From Methanobacteriota archaeon (GTDB lineage Archaea > Halobacteriota > Syntropharchaeia > JAUWIL01), in NCBI GenBank assembly GCA_030605385.1, contig JAUWIL010000001.1, positions 1 through 52,575 on the forward strand: 52,575 nucleotides of DNA, read 5' to 3'. The notes under the pieces are model-generated. The model had not been told where the DNA came from. It saw only the letters and a program-made list of their open reading frames with translations, and searched no databases. Position 1 is the stretch's first letter. Each line of letters opens with the position of its first letter. A program made the position numbers and the translations under genes. Positions 8,111 to 16,110 of this stretch are shown here, piece by piece.

Positions 8111-8162
8111 GTCTGAAAACCTTTGGTTTTCATACTGTTGCGGAACTGCGTTCCGCAAACAT
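8105..8162 (+). repeat. Family A double-hairpin unit, solo copy
   Basis: AAACATGT CTGAAAACC TTT GGTTTTCA TACTGTT GCGGAAC TGC GTTCCGC AAACAT. Confidence 0.85.
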
Positions 8163-8317
8163 CTCTGGCTCCTGTATAAACAGTATGTTTAAACACCCTA
8201 TTAAAACTTTTTGTTACCAACGTTGTTTTTATCTTCCTTATACTTCAACCGCTATGTTATTCTTTCTCAAGCAACCTTGCTGTATTATAAAGTACAACTT
8301 TGTAATACAGAGAAAAA

Positions 8318-8669
8318 TCATTTGATTTTTCTCGCTGTTTCCTCGCTTATCTCTTGCTGCTCGCTGGTTGCGCCGGTCTCTATTCTGCGCTCCCTGGCCA
8401 TCCTGATCACGTCATACACGCTCTTGTTCAGCATGACTGCAGCATGTCTAAAACACTGCGTGTTTTATACGGTTGAAAAACTACGTTTTTCAAACACTGC
8501 TGAGAGATATCCTGCCGCGCGCGTATAAGTCCATCACGTACTCTGCAGCCCCCATGTAAAAAAGCTGTCTCATTGTAGTGCTTTTGTCCACGTACATCTC
8601 CCCGGTGCGCAGCTCCACCAGTGGAAGAATGTCCTCCGGTATTCGTAGTGGATATGATACCATGCCCAT
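8318..8669 (-). pseudogene. UPF0175-family (antitoxin-like) gene split by a family A hairpin unit
   Basis: The 5' part, 8669..8490, encodes MGMVSYPLRIPEDILPLVEL...AAEYVMDLYARGRISLSSV and stops inside the repeat. The 3' part, 8443..8318, encodes AAVMLNKSVYDVIRMARERRIE... Joining the two flanks gives an in-frame ...GRISLSSAAVMLNKS... typical of UPF0175. Confidence 0.6.
8444..8497 (+). mobile_element. Family A double-hairpin unit inserted inside a coding sequence
   Basis: CATGT CTAAAACAC TGC GTGTTTTAT ACGGTT GAAAAAC TAC GTTTTTC AAACA, flanked by CA on both sides. Confidence 0.75.
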
Positions 8670-8799
8670 TTACATCACCTCCATCAGTTTATTTTTTGCT
8701 TTTAGATAACTTGACCTGTTTACGTACACCCTGACGTTTTCCAGCGCCGCATACAAAGTATGTGAAGCGCGCAAAGAACGAAACGCCACTTCCATCCAG

Positions 8800-9777
8800 C
8801 TATATCTTATCTATCTCGCGCATCTCGTTATAGTTAATGGCGGCGCCCATGGCGTATATCTCCGCAGATGAATTATCCTCCAGGACTGCGGCAATCATGT
8901 TAATTCCAGTGCACATGGTTATGCCGGCATGCCGTCCACTCACACGTATTCCAAGGTTTTCTTCCTCGCTGATCTTTATGGTGCCGTCGATACCTATACC
9001 TGCCATGTTTTCGATTATGCGCTTTGCATCATCGACTGCTGCGGAAGGTATTTCTCTGTAGTTGGCGAGAATCTTGCCGCTGCCCGTTCTGGCTGCACTT
9101 AGTATTGACGTCATGCCCCTGCTTATGAATATCTCGGTTGGATTCATTGATGTGCCGCTGTATCCTATCAGATCTGTGAATGCGGTTGGGCTGCTGCCAA
9201 GTATCTGTAGCGTGCCCGAGTATTTCATATCTACTGGTATTCCGCTTCTGATCAGCGCGCCGTCCACCGTCATGCTGCATATTGTTGCTATGCCAACCCT
9301 CCCGAAAGGTATGACAATACTGCCCCCAGCTCCTTCTTCCAGTATTTTCACCCGATTGCTCACAGCGTACCCTGCCTGTATAACCTCCTTTATTATGCCA
9401 ACGGCACGGTCAAACAGGCCTTTATCTACTATAAGTACGTCGCCGATCACCATGCCGCCGCCCTCTTCCAGATTGAATACCGTGTTGTAGATGAGTTCCT
9501 CTATCCTTGTTATCGTGAAGCCGAGACGGTCTTCCACAAGAGCGTCCTCAAGTTCTTTCAATCCGAAACTGGTTATGCTTCTGCCGTAGTTCCCGTGTTT
9601 GACGGTAAGCGTAGCACTGTCGAGTGAGGCAAGGTGGTACCTCACAGCGCGTTCGGTCACATCATACCCCCTCTTCATCAGTTCTTCTGCGATAGCCCTG
9701 GCTCCAAGCGGATCAGTGCTGTTACTGAGTATCCGCAGTATCTCTATCAGCATCCGCTCTGTCTTTTTTCTTGCCAT
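8800..9777 (-). CDS. nrpR: NrpR-type nitrogen regulatory repressor (wHTH plus DUF128 domain)
   Basis: The N-terminus ILRILSNSTDPLGARAIAEELMKRGYDVTERAVRYHL is a winged HTH. The remainder matches the DUF128/NRD layout of short Methanosarcina-type NrpR. Confidence 0.7.
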   Translation of the reverse strand: MARKKTERMLIEILRILSNSTDPLGARAIAEELMKRGYDVTERAVRYHLASLDSATLTVKHGNYGRSITSFGLKELEDALVEDRLGFTITRIEELIYNTVFNLEEGGGMVIGDVLIVDKGLFDRAVGIIKEVIQAGYAVSNRVKILEEGAGGSIVIPFGRVGIATICSMTVDGALIRSGIPVDMKYSGTLQILGSSPTAFTDLIGYSGTSMNPTEIFISRGMTSILSAARTGSGKILANYREIPSAAVDDAKRIIENMAGIGIDGTIKISEEENLGIRVSGRHAGITMCTGINMIAAVLEDNSSAEIYAMGAAINYNEMREIDKI

Positions 9778-9840
9778 AGCACCAATACTCCAACTGGGGT
9801 GTCATTCTGTATCTATTTTTCTGCACGTATTTGCACACTG

Positions 9841-9895
9841 CTTGCGGAGCAAAGCTCCGCAACCGTATAAAACACGCAGTGTTTTATACATGTAT
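9841..9895 (-). repeat. Family A double-hairpin unit, solo copy in inverted orientation
   Basis: The reverse complement reads ACATGT ATAAAACAC TGC GTGTTTTAT ACGGTT GCGGAGC TTT GCTCCGC AAG. Confidence 0.8.
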
Positions 9896-9934
9896 CTGGC
9901 AAACGTGAGATATTTCACCCACATATCGAATAGT

Positions 9935-10729
9935 TCAGCCCACGCAGTATATGATATTTGATATTTCTGCCAGCTTATCGGCGGGTATCTGTTCTGCACG
10001 CAGTTTAAGATAGTCCTCAGGTATATCATCAAGCGCTTTTGTTATATCTAACTGGGGCAGCATATGACCCGTCTTAAGAAGCGCCTTTCGCAGGGTCTTG
10101 CGGCGCTGTGTGAATATCGCAGTTATAAAATCCATGAAAAAATCCTCATTCCTGACGCTGTACGGCGGCTTGCGCGGTTTTAGTTCAACCACGGCAGACG
10201 TTACCTCTGGCATCGGATAAAAAGCGCTCCGCGGCACTACCTCAAGTATTCTTGGCGTCGTATAGTAGTTCACGGCTATTGACAATCTGCCGTAGTTCTT
10301 TGAGCCAAATTCTGCGGTCATGCGCCTGGCAAACTCGTACTGGTACATCAGAACTGCCAGCCTGAAGCCCAGCCCGATTAGCCTGAATGTAATCCTGGAC
10401 GATATGGAATACGGCAGGTTTGAAACTGCTTTATCCACCTCAGGCAGATCTATTTTCATCGCGTCGGCATGTATTAACTCAATATTATCTCTACCACGGT
10501 ACTTGTTTTCCAGTTCTCCGAACAAATCCTTATCCACTTCTATCGCTATGACTCTTCCAGCCTTCTCAACCAGCTTATCTGTCAGGTTTCCATAACCTGG
10601 TCCTATTTCGAGTATGGTCTCTTCACTGCCTATACCAGCATACTCCACGATGCGCTCTATTACCCGCTCGTCTCTGAGAAAATGCTGACCTCTACTGCGC
10701 CTGCGCATGATACCACTGCCACCGGTCAT
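9935..10729 (-). CDS. ksgA: 16S rRNA (adenine1518/1519-N6)-dimethyltransferase KsgA/Dim1
   Basis: GQHFL, the SAM motif ILEIGPGYGNLT, and NLPYSISS. Confidence 0.9.
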   Translation of the reverse strand: MTGGSGIMRRRSRGQHFLRDERVIERIVEYAGIGSEETILEIGPGYGNLTDKLVEKAGRVIAIEVDKDLFGELENKYRGRDNIELIHADAMKIDLPEVDKAVSNLPYSISSRITFRLIGLGFRLAVLMYQYEFARRMTAEFGSKNYGRLSIAVNYYTTPRILEVVPRSAFYPMPEVTSAVVELKPRKPPYSVRNEDFFMDFITAIFTQRRKTLRKALLKTGHMLPQLDITKALDDIPEDYLKLRAEQIPADKLAEISNIIYCVG

Positions 10730-10744
10730 ATTTTTTATTTGCCT

Positions 10745-10869
10745 GTCGAACTTTCAGTTCGACTGTCTTGCGAAAGATCTGATTTCGCAAAGTCTTGCAA
10801 AACATAGTTTTGCGGGATATCTGAAGGCTCTGCCTTCAGAGATATCTTGCAGAACGAAGTTTCGCGGGA
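10745..10869 (+). repeat. Family B hairpin array (5 hairpins of 19-27 nt)
   Basis: GTCGAACT/AGTTCGAC. Then TCTTGCGAAA..TTTCGCAAAG, TCTTGCAAAAC..GTTTTGCGGGA, TATCTGAAGG..CCTTCAGAGATA and TCTTGCAGAAC..GTTTCGCGGGA. Confidence 0.85.
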
Positions 10870-10963
10870 CATCGTCATCCGCCCGGAATCCAGATGTTTC
10901 AGATAAAATGATATTATGAGAAAAGCTGTAGTTATTATCTTTGGTGAATGGTTTGGGAGCTTT

Positions 10964-11572
10964 TCAGGGGCTGCCTGTCCTCGGCGTGAATATACGGTAT
11001 TTGCAGTTCTCGTCCTGCAGCTCCTCCTCTATTCGGTTCGCCACTATCTTGTCTGGATTGTGTATTGTCTTGACTCTCTCTGAGAGTTCTTCGAAGCTCT
11101 TGAATGGACCCTTCTTCCGTTCATCAAGTATCTCCCGCAGCGTTTTTTTACCTATGCCTGGCAGAAGGCTCAGCATGTGAAGGCGCGTTGTTATTGGATA
11201 CGATTCGTTGTATACTTTGATGAATCGTTCCCCGTTTTTGTCAACAATTGTCTTGAGTATGAATGGGAGTTCTATCTGGGCATTGTGCGTAAGTTCATCA
11301 TACCTGAGCCTGCGCTTGACGTGGTCTATCACATCGCGCTCTCCGTCTCCTATATACGCCCGGTCGTACTGCTGGGGTACCGTATCCTCTTTGGGAGCGA
11401 GTTCCATTAGAATGAAGTTTTCTTCTCCAACCGCCTGCAACAGCGGGTGCTTCTGGTAGAGCGGTCTGGTGTCATCCGGATGCCCGTGCGGCAGGTAATC
11501 AAGAATCCATACGTAGAGTTCTCTCGCTCTTCTGGCATTACTGTACGGCATCAGCAGATCCCCAAAACTCAC
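10964..11572 (-). CDS. DUF655 family protein (OB-fold plus HhH, predicted nucleic-acid binding)
   Basis: Conserved archaeal neighbour of rpoF and ksgA. Motifs: LDYLPHGHP...YIG...R, and a C-terminal HhH LPGIGKKTLREIL. Confidence 0.7.
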   Translation of the reverse strand: MSFGDLLMPYSNARRARELYVWILDYLPHGHPDDTRPLYQKHPLLQAVGEENFILMELAPKEDTVPQQYDRAYIGDGERDVIDHVKRRLRYDELTHNAQIELPFILKTIVDKNGERFIKVYNESYPITTRLHMLSLLPGIGKKTLREILDERKKGPFKSFEELSERVKTIHNPDKIVANRIEEELQDENCKYRIFTPRTGSP

Positions 11573-11922
11573 TTTATGTATTTGCCTACAATATCAAGTA
11601 TTTCTTCAAGTTCTTTATTATTCAGCGTGAACCGTTCCTTGGCGTATATTGATCTAACCTCATCATTCGATTGGGGCATTATATCGGCTATCCTTACGGC
11701 TATGTCAGGGCGCACCTTATCCAGCTTGCTTAGTTCTCCAACGAGCTTCCTGGCGGATTTGGCATCGATCTTTGCGAATGTCTCGACGTGCTCTATCACC
11801 CTTCGCATGCCGTAGGGCAGCTCCCCCTCATCCTTGCTTCGTCCCTTCTTAACTTTGCTCAATATGTTCTTGACTTCAGCATATGTGAGCATATCTTCGG
11901 CAAGAACTTCTCTGACTATCAT
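11569..11922 (-). CDS. rpoF: DNA-directed RNA polymerase subunit F (Rpo4)
   Basis: Size, the start ...LTYAEVKNIL..., and its position between rpl21e and the DUF655 gene. 4-nt overlap with the downstream gene. Confidence 0.75.
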   Translation of the reverse strand: MIVREVLAEDMLTYAEVKNILSKVKKGRSKDEGELPYGMRRVIEHVETFAKIDAKSARKLVGELSKLDKVRPDIAVRIADIMPQSNDEVRSIYAKERFTLNNKELEEILDIVGKYIK

Positions 11923-11929
11923 AGCGTAT

Positions 11930-12220
11930 TCACCTCTGGGGTATCAGGTGTACCGGTCGTGATATTACTTCCTTCCTGGCATTGCCGTCGGTTACCTCAA
12001 CTATATATGCCCTGCCTCTCTTTCCAACAATCTTGCCGGTCTTACCGTGGAACCTGGGGTTGGGCATGCCCTTATGAATGCTTGGTTCTATATTTATGTG
12101 CACACTTTGACCCATATCAAATTCCCTCACGTGGCGGGTTATCGGTAAGAGTCCCCTCTCACGTATGCTCTTTTTCAGTTTGTATCGCGTTTTCCGGCGT
12201 TCGCCTCTAGACCTTGCCAT
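11930..12220 (-). CDS. rpl21e: 50S ribosomal protein L21e
   Basis: [15 protein letters not shown]...[18 protein letters not shown], typical of L21e. Confidence 0.9.
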   Translation of the reverse strand: MARSRGERRKTRYKLKKSIRERGLLPITRHVREFDMGQSVHINIEPSIHKGMPNPRFHGKTGKIVGKRGRAYIVEVTDGNARKEVISRPVHLIPQR

Positions 12221-13500
12221 TGCCGTTCACCTGTTAGATCCATACTTACTTCGATTACGTCCAATTCCTTGACTGCCGCATCGATTCCAAGCAAGCTACT
12301 GATGCTAGGCTCCGTACGACCCATATCGCCATTGACGAACTCTTTTACGTAGAGTCCTCCTTCACACCGCAACTGTATGACTGCCTGAGTGCCGGTGATA
12401 TCGTCAAATGATATTAATGCAGCCTCATGTATCTTTCTGTTGCGCTGCAGGTCGGCACGTCTGTGCATTACCCTTGTTGGGGTCTGCTGTCTGATGATAA
12501 TCCCTGATAATGCTCTCAAGGTCGATTTAAGTTTTTCTTTGTTTACTTTAGACTTAAATGTGGCTGAAATGTTATAAACCTTATCCGATTCGGTGCTCTT
12601 TATGTGCCTGACGACCTCTTTGTCAGCGTATCTGGCGTCCAAAACTTCCACACGACCTTTATTATCTTCATTTATTCTGGACACTACTTCTACAAGGTCT
12701 GCGTGACGTATCAGCGGCGATATAATCTCCATTACAAATGGGCGCCCGCTCCCGAGCATTCGCGCATCTATATCTTCACGCCCCGCGCCGTGCAGTATCA
12801 TATCTTCTCCTTTGAAAAAATCCAGGACTGATGACCTTATGAGTTCCTCGACAGATTCACTATACTGTTTGCCAGTGTAATTGCATTTCTCGCATCCCTT
12901 GCCTCTGCACTCCCTGCACGGCCAGCGCGTCTGCGGAATCCCCCGTTCAAGCTTTCTGTACCTGCCGTATATGAACAATGAGTTTATGTCCAGCCTGACC
13001 TGCTCCCGTTCTATGTCCATGATAACGACTACATCGGGGCGCTTGAATTCGACTTCCTTTTTGGTGATGCTGCATATCCGCTTGCCAACCTCGCGATTGA
13101 GTTCTGACTTTAGCAACTCGGCAAACGTCGTTCCCGACAGAGTCCACAACACCTCCTCGTTCTCAGCCAGCAAACCGGTTATCATTGTGCCTACCAGAAA
13201 CGTATCGAAGTCCACGCTCTCAAGCTCTTGAACCGCACGCTCTGCCCACACATCGAGTTCCGTGAACAGCCCGTTGCAGACCCAGCAGTCTTTACCATGG
13301 TCTAACGCCAGCGCTTCATTCCGCTGCATCGACAGCATGATTCTTACTGCGCGCCCCCGCTCATCGTTGCTCATACCAGTGGAAAGGTTTGCGAACTGGC
13401 GCCCAAGGCAGTGGTCACATATAGGGCCCTCGCTGACTGTTTTCCGTGCTATCTCCAGTATTCCGTCCTCATCAGCCATTTTCTGCGCCATCAGTTCCAA
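12175..13500 (-). CDS. pus10: tRNA pseudouridine(54/55) synthase Pus10
   Basis: N-terminal zinc CDHC...CWVC, a THUMP-like middle region, and the catalytic region [16 protein letters not shown]. The 3' end overlaps rpl21e by 46 nt in another frame. Confidence 0.85.
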   Translation of the reverse strand: MELMAQKMADEDGILEIARKTVSEGPICDHCLGRQFANLSTGMSNDERGRAVRIMLSMQRNEALALDHGKDCWVCNGLFTELDVWAERAVQELESVDFDTFLVGTMITGLLAENEEVLWTLSGTTFAELLKSELNREVGKRICSITKKEVEFKRPDVVVIMDIEREQVRLDINSLFIYGRYRKLERGIPQTRWPCRECRGKGCEKCNYTGKQYSESVEELIRSSVLDFFKGEDMILHGAGREDIDARMLGSGRPFVMEIISPLIRHADLVEVVSRINEDNKGRVEVLDARYADKEVVRHIKSTESDKVYNISATFKSKVNKEKLKSTLRALSGIIIRQQTPTRVMHRRADLQRNRKIHEAALISFDDITGTQAVIQLRCEGGLYVKEFVNGDMGRTEPSISSLLGIDAAVKELDVIEVSMDLTGERQWQGLEANAGKRDTN

Positions 13501-13705
13501 TACCTCTAACGTATTATCCTTCTTTCTCTCACGTATTACCCTTCATTAATACTTCTCGCATCATGATACCTTATGTCCTGCATCGTTAACCTGTTTTTCA
13601 GTATCCGATTGAAGATGGTATGTATCCGATTGAAGATAGTGTCACTCATTTATGTACCACCTTTACCAATCCAGCATCGCTTATTACTCCACCCTTATGT
13701 TGCAT

Positions 13706-14404
13706 TCAAATCTCCACCTTCAGATCCTGCGAAACGGAGTTTCGCGGGACAGGCGAAAGCTTTGCTTTCGACAAGGTCCTGCGAATGTCAAGCTCGTTAT
13801 GTACTACTATCATGCAGTGGTCCACATGCAGTGATTTTTGTCCGACGCTTACATTTCTTGCACAGGCATCTGCAAGGAGCCGCTCATATTCTTCACCAAG
13901 TCCCATATGGTCGCCAAGCACGAAAATCAGTTTATCACCCATCTCAATTTCTCTTATCCACTCGCCTGTTTCAACAAGATATATTATATCTGTGCCGTCA
14001 CCGCACCCTTCCAGCACATCCTTCATGTCCCCTTTACGTATGTATACGCCAGGAGTTGACAATATTTCATGCTCGGTGATGTTCTGCCTTCCAAGCGCCT
14101 TGCTTATCAGCGAGGCTGCGCTTCTTTCATCCGGGCTGAGATATCTCAGCTCACTGCCTTCAAAGCGTATCAGGATCGGGGGATTTGGCTCTCCGAGCAG
14201 CAGAAGCCAGAGTCTTGTATCTCTCCGTATATCGTGCGACAGAAAGAACGCTGAATTGACGCACCTGCATACTATATCCATCCTGCCGGCTGAACCTGGG
14301 AGGTCTTTCAGGCTGAAACCGCCGGTCGTAGTAGCTGTGCTGCTAACCACCAGAAATTCCCTTCTAACGCCCTCTCCCCTAACACCCATGTTGATCTCAC
14401 TCAC
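13706..14404 (-). CDS. trmY: tRNA (pseudouridine54-N1)-methyltransferase TrmY (SPOUT)
   Basis: GRMDIVCRCVNSAFFLSHDIRRD...LSPDERSAASLI matches TrmY/DUF358. The last ~28 codons are encoded by family B repeat sequence. Confidence 0.7.
   Translation of the reverse strand: MSEINMGVRGEGVRREFLVVSSTATTTGGFSLKDLPGSAGRMDIVCRCVNSAFFLSHDIRRDTRLWLLLLGEPNPPILIRFEGSELRYLSPDERSAASLISKALGRQNITEHEILSTPGVYIRKGDMKDVLEGCGDGTDIIYLVETGEWIREIEMGDKLIFVLGDHMGLGEEYERLLADACARNVSVGQKSLHVDHCMIVVHNELDIRRTLSKAKLSPVPRNSVSQDLKVEI
13725..13790 (+). repeat. Family B hairpin array (2 to 3 hairpins) overlapping the trmY 3' end
   Basis: TCCTGCGAAAC GGA GTTTCGCGGGA, then CAGGCGAAAGC TTT GCTTTCGACAAG, then a truncated GTCCTGCGAA. 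Confidence 0.8.
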
Positions 14405-14622
14405 TTAAACCGCTTAAATCCACCGCACTGCACAGCTCGTATGCAATATGTGCAATATCACAGTATTATTATGTGTGGCTGACCTCTTTTTAACCCACAA
14501 CAAGTATATAGGTTATCATATAGCCCATAGATTGGCACATAGACTAACATATAAACGGTATTTTGTTAAGATTTTGATACACCCCTGAACATTTAGTATT
14601 CGGATGAGCGCTTGATGTTAGG

Positions 14623-16110
14623 ATGATTATGATGGAATTTGAAGAGAATGCTACCATTCCATGGCAGGATGTTATCGCATCAAATGTCATGAAGCGCCAT
14701 AAGAAGAATGTGGTAGCCACGGGCATAACACCTTCGGGTCATATACACATCGGCAACCTGCGAGAGGTGATAACAGCCGAAGCGGTGCATAAGTCCCTTC
14801 TGAAGCTGGGGGCAGAGTCCAGACTGATATATGTGGCAGATACATACGATCCGTTGCGCAGGGTGTATGATTTCCTTCCGGGTTCATTCGAGAAGTATGT
14901 CGGGTGCCCTATCTCGGAAATACCCGACCCGTTCGGATGCTGCAGCAGCTATACGGAGCATTTCCTGCACCCCTTCCTGAAATCACTTGAAAAAGCTAAA
15001 ATCAATATCGAGCCCTACAAGGCTGACGAGCTTTACAAGAGCGGTGCCTTCGATGGTGCAATAAAAACGGCGCTCTCCGCGAGGGACAAAATTGCAAATA
15101 TAATCGATAGTGTTTCCGGCAAGACTACGCCTGCTGACTGGTATCCCTTCAATCCTATATGCGAAAACTGCGGGAGACTTACAACCACCAGAGTCACTGG
15201 ATTCGACACTGAGAGTGAGATTGTAGAGTATGCCTGCGAATGCGGGCAGAGTGGAACAGTACCCATACAGGGAGGCGGCAAGCTTACGTGGCGTGTTGAC
15301 TGGGCTGCGCGCTGGGGCATACTTGGCGTTACGGTGGAGCCTTTCGGTAAGGATCATGCAGCAGCAGGAAGCTCGTATGACAGCGGCAAGCGCCTTGCCA
15401 GAGAGATCTTCGGATACGAGGCGCCCTACCCGATACCTTTCGAGCATATACTGCTGAAGGGTAAGGGCAAGATGAGCAGTTCAAGGGGTGTGACGATATC
15501 AGTTGAGGACATGGTGGAGGTGCTCTCGCCCGGTGCCCTGAGATACTTAATAACCCGCGTGAAACCCGAGAAGCACATCGAGTTTGATCCTGGACTTGCG
15601 ATGCTGAAGTTCGTTGATGAACACGACGAACTGCACACCGGCGAAAGGGGCTTCGTGCCCTTCAGGCACATGGTCAATGCCGTTCAGATTGCAAGGGGAG
15701 ATTTCAAGCAGTTGAAAGGGGTTCTCCAGAGAAGCGGATATGATACCAGTGATGAGGAGGATATCATGAGAAGAGCTGGTAACGCAGAGGAGTGGTTAAA
15801 GAAGTTCGCGCCAGACATTGTAAAATTCAGCGTGCAGGAAAAGATGCCCCCCTCTGCAAAGTCGCTGACAGACAAACAGAAGACTGCTCTTGGAGAACTG
15901 GCAGAGAGTCTGGAGAAGGAGTGGACCGCCGAAGACCTGCATGATGAGATATACAGAATAGCAGAATCCACTGGTATGGATGCAAAAAACCTGTTCAGGG
16001 CAATATACATATCTCTGCTCGGATCTAAATCAGGACCCAGAGCCGGCTGGTTCCTGGTATCGCTGGACATGGATTTCCTCATAAAGCGTTTTAATGAAGT
16101 ATCACGGTAA
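14623..16110 (+). CDS. lysS: Lysine--tRNA ligase, class I
   Basis: The class I signatures HIGN (PSGHIHIGNLRE) and KMSSS are both present. Length is consistent with archaeal LysRS-I. Confidence 0.9.
   Translation: MIMMEFEENATIPWQDVIASNVMKRHKKNVVATGITPSGHIHIGNLREVITAEAVHKSLLKLGAESRLIYVADTYDPLRRVYDFLPGSFEKYVGCPISEIPDPFGCCSSYTEHFLHPFLKSLEKAKINIEPYKADELYKSGAFDGAIKTALSARDKIANIIDSVSGKTTPADWYPFNPICENCGRLTTTRVTGFDTESEIVEYACECGQSGTVPIQGGGKLTWRVDWAARWGILGVTVEPFGKDHAAAGSSYDSGKRLAREIFGYEAPYPIPFEHILLKGKGKMSSSRGVTISVEDMVEVLSPGALRYLITRVKPEKHIEFDPGLAMLKFVDEHDELHTGERGFVPFRHMVNAVQIARGDFKQLKGVLQRSGYDTSDEEDIMRRAGNAEEWLKKFAPDIVKFSVQEKMPPSAKSLTDKQKTALGELAESLEKEWTAEDLHDEIYRIAESTGMDAKNLFRAIYISLLGSKSGPRAGWFLVSLDMDFLIKRFNEVSR

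Noticed and set aside
8211-8528. 105-aa plus-strand ORF
   Set aside because: It is antisense to the split UPF0175 gene and runs across the inserted repeat.
13573-14408. 168-aa and 262-aa plus-strand ORFs
   Set aside because: They are antisense to trmY, which has clear family motifs. Both are Ser/Leu/Pro-rich.
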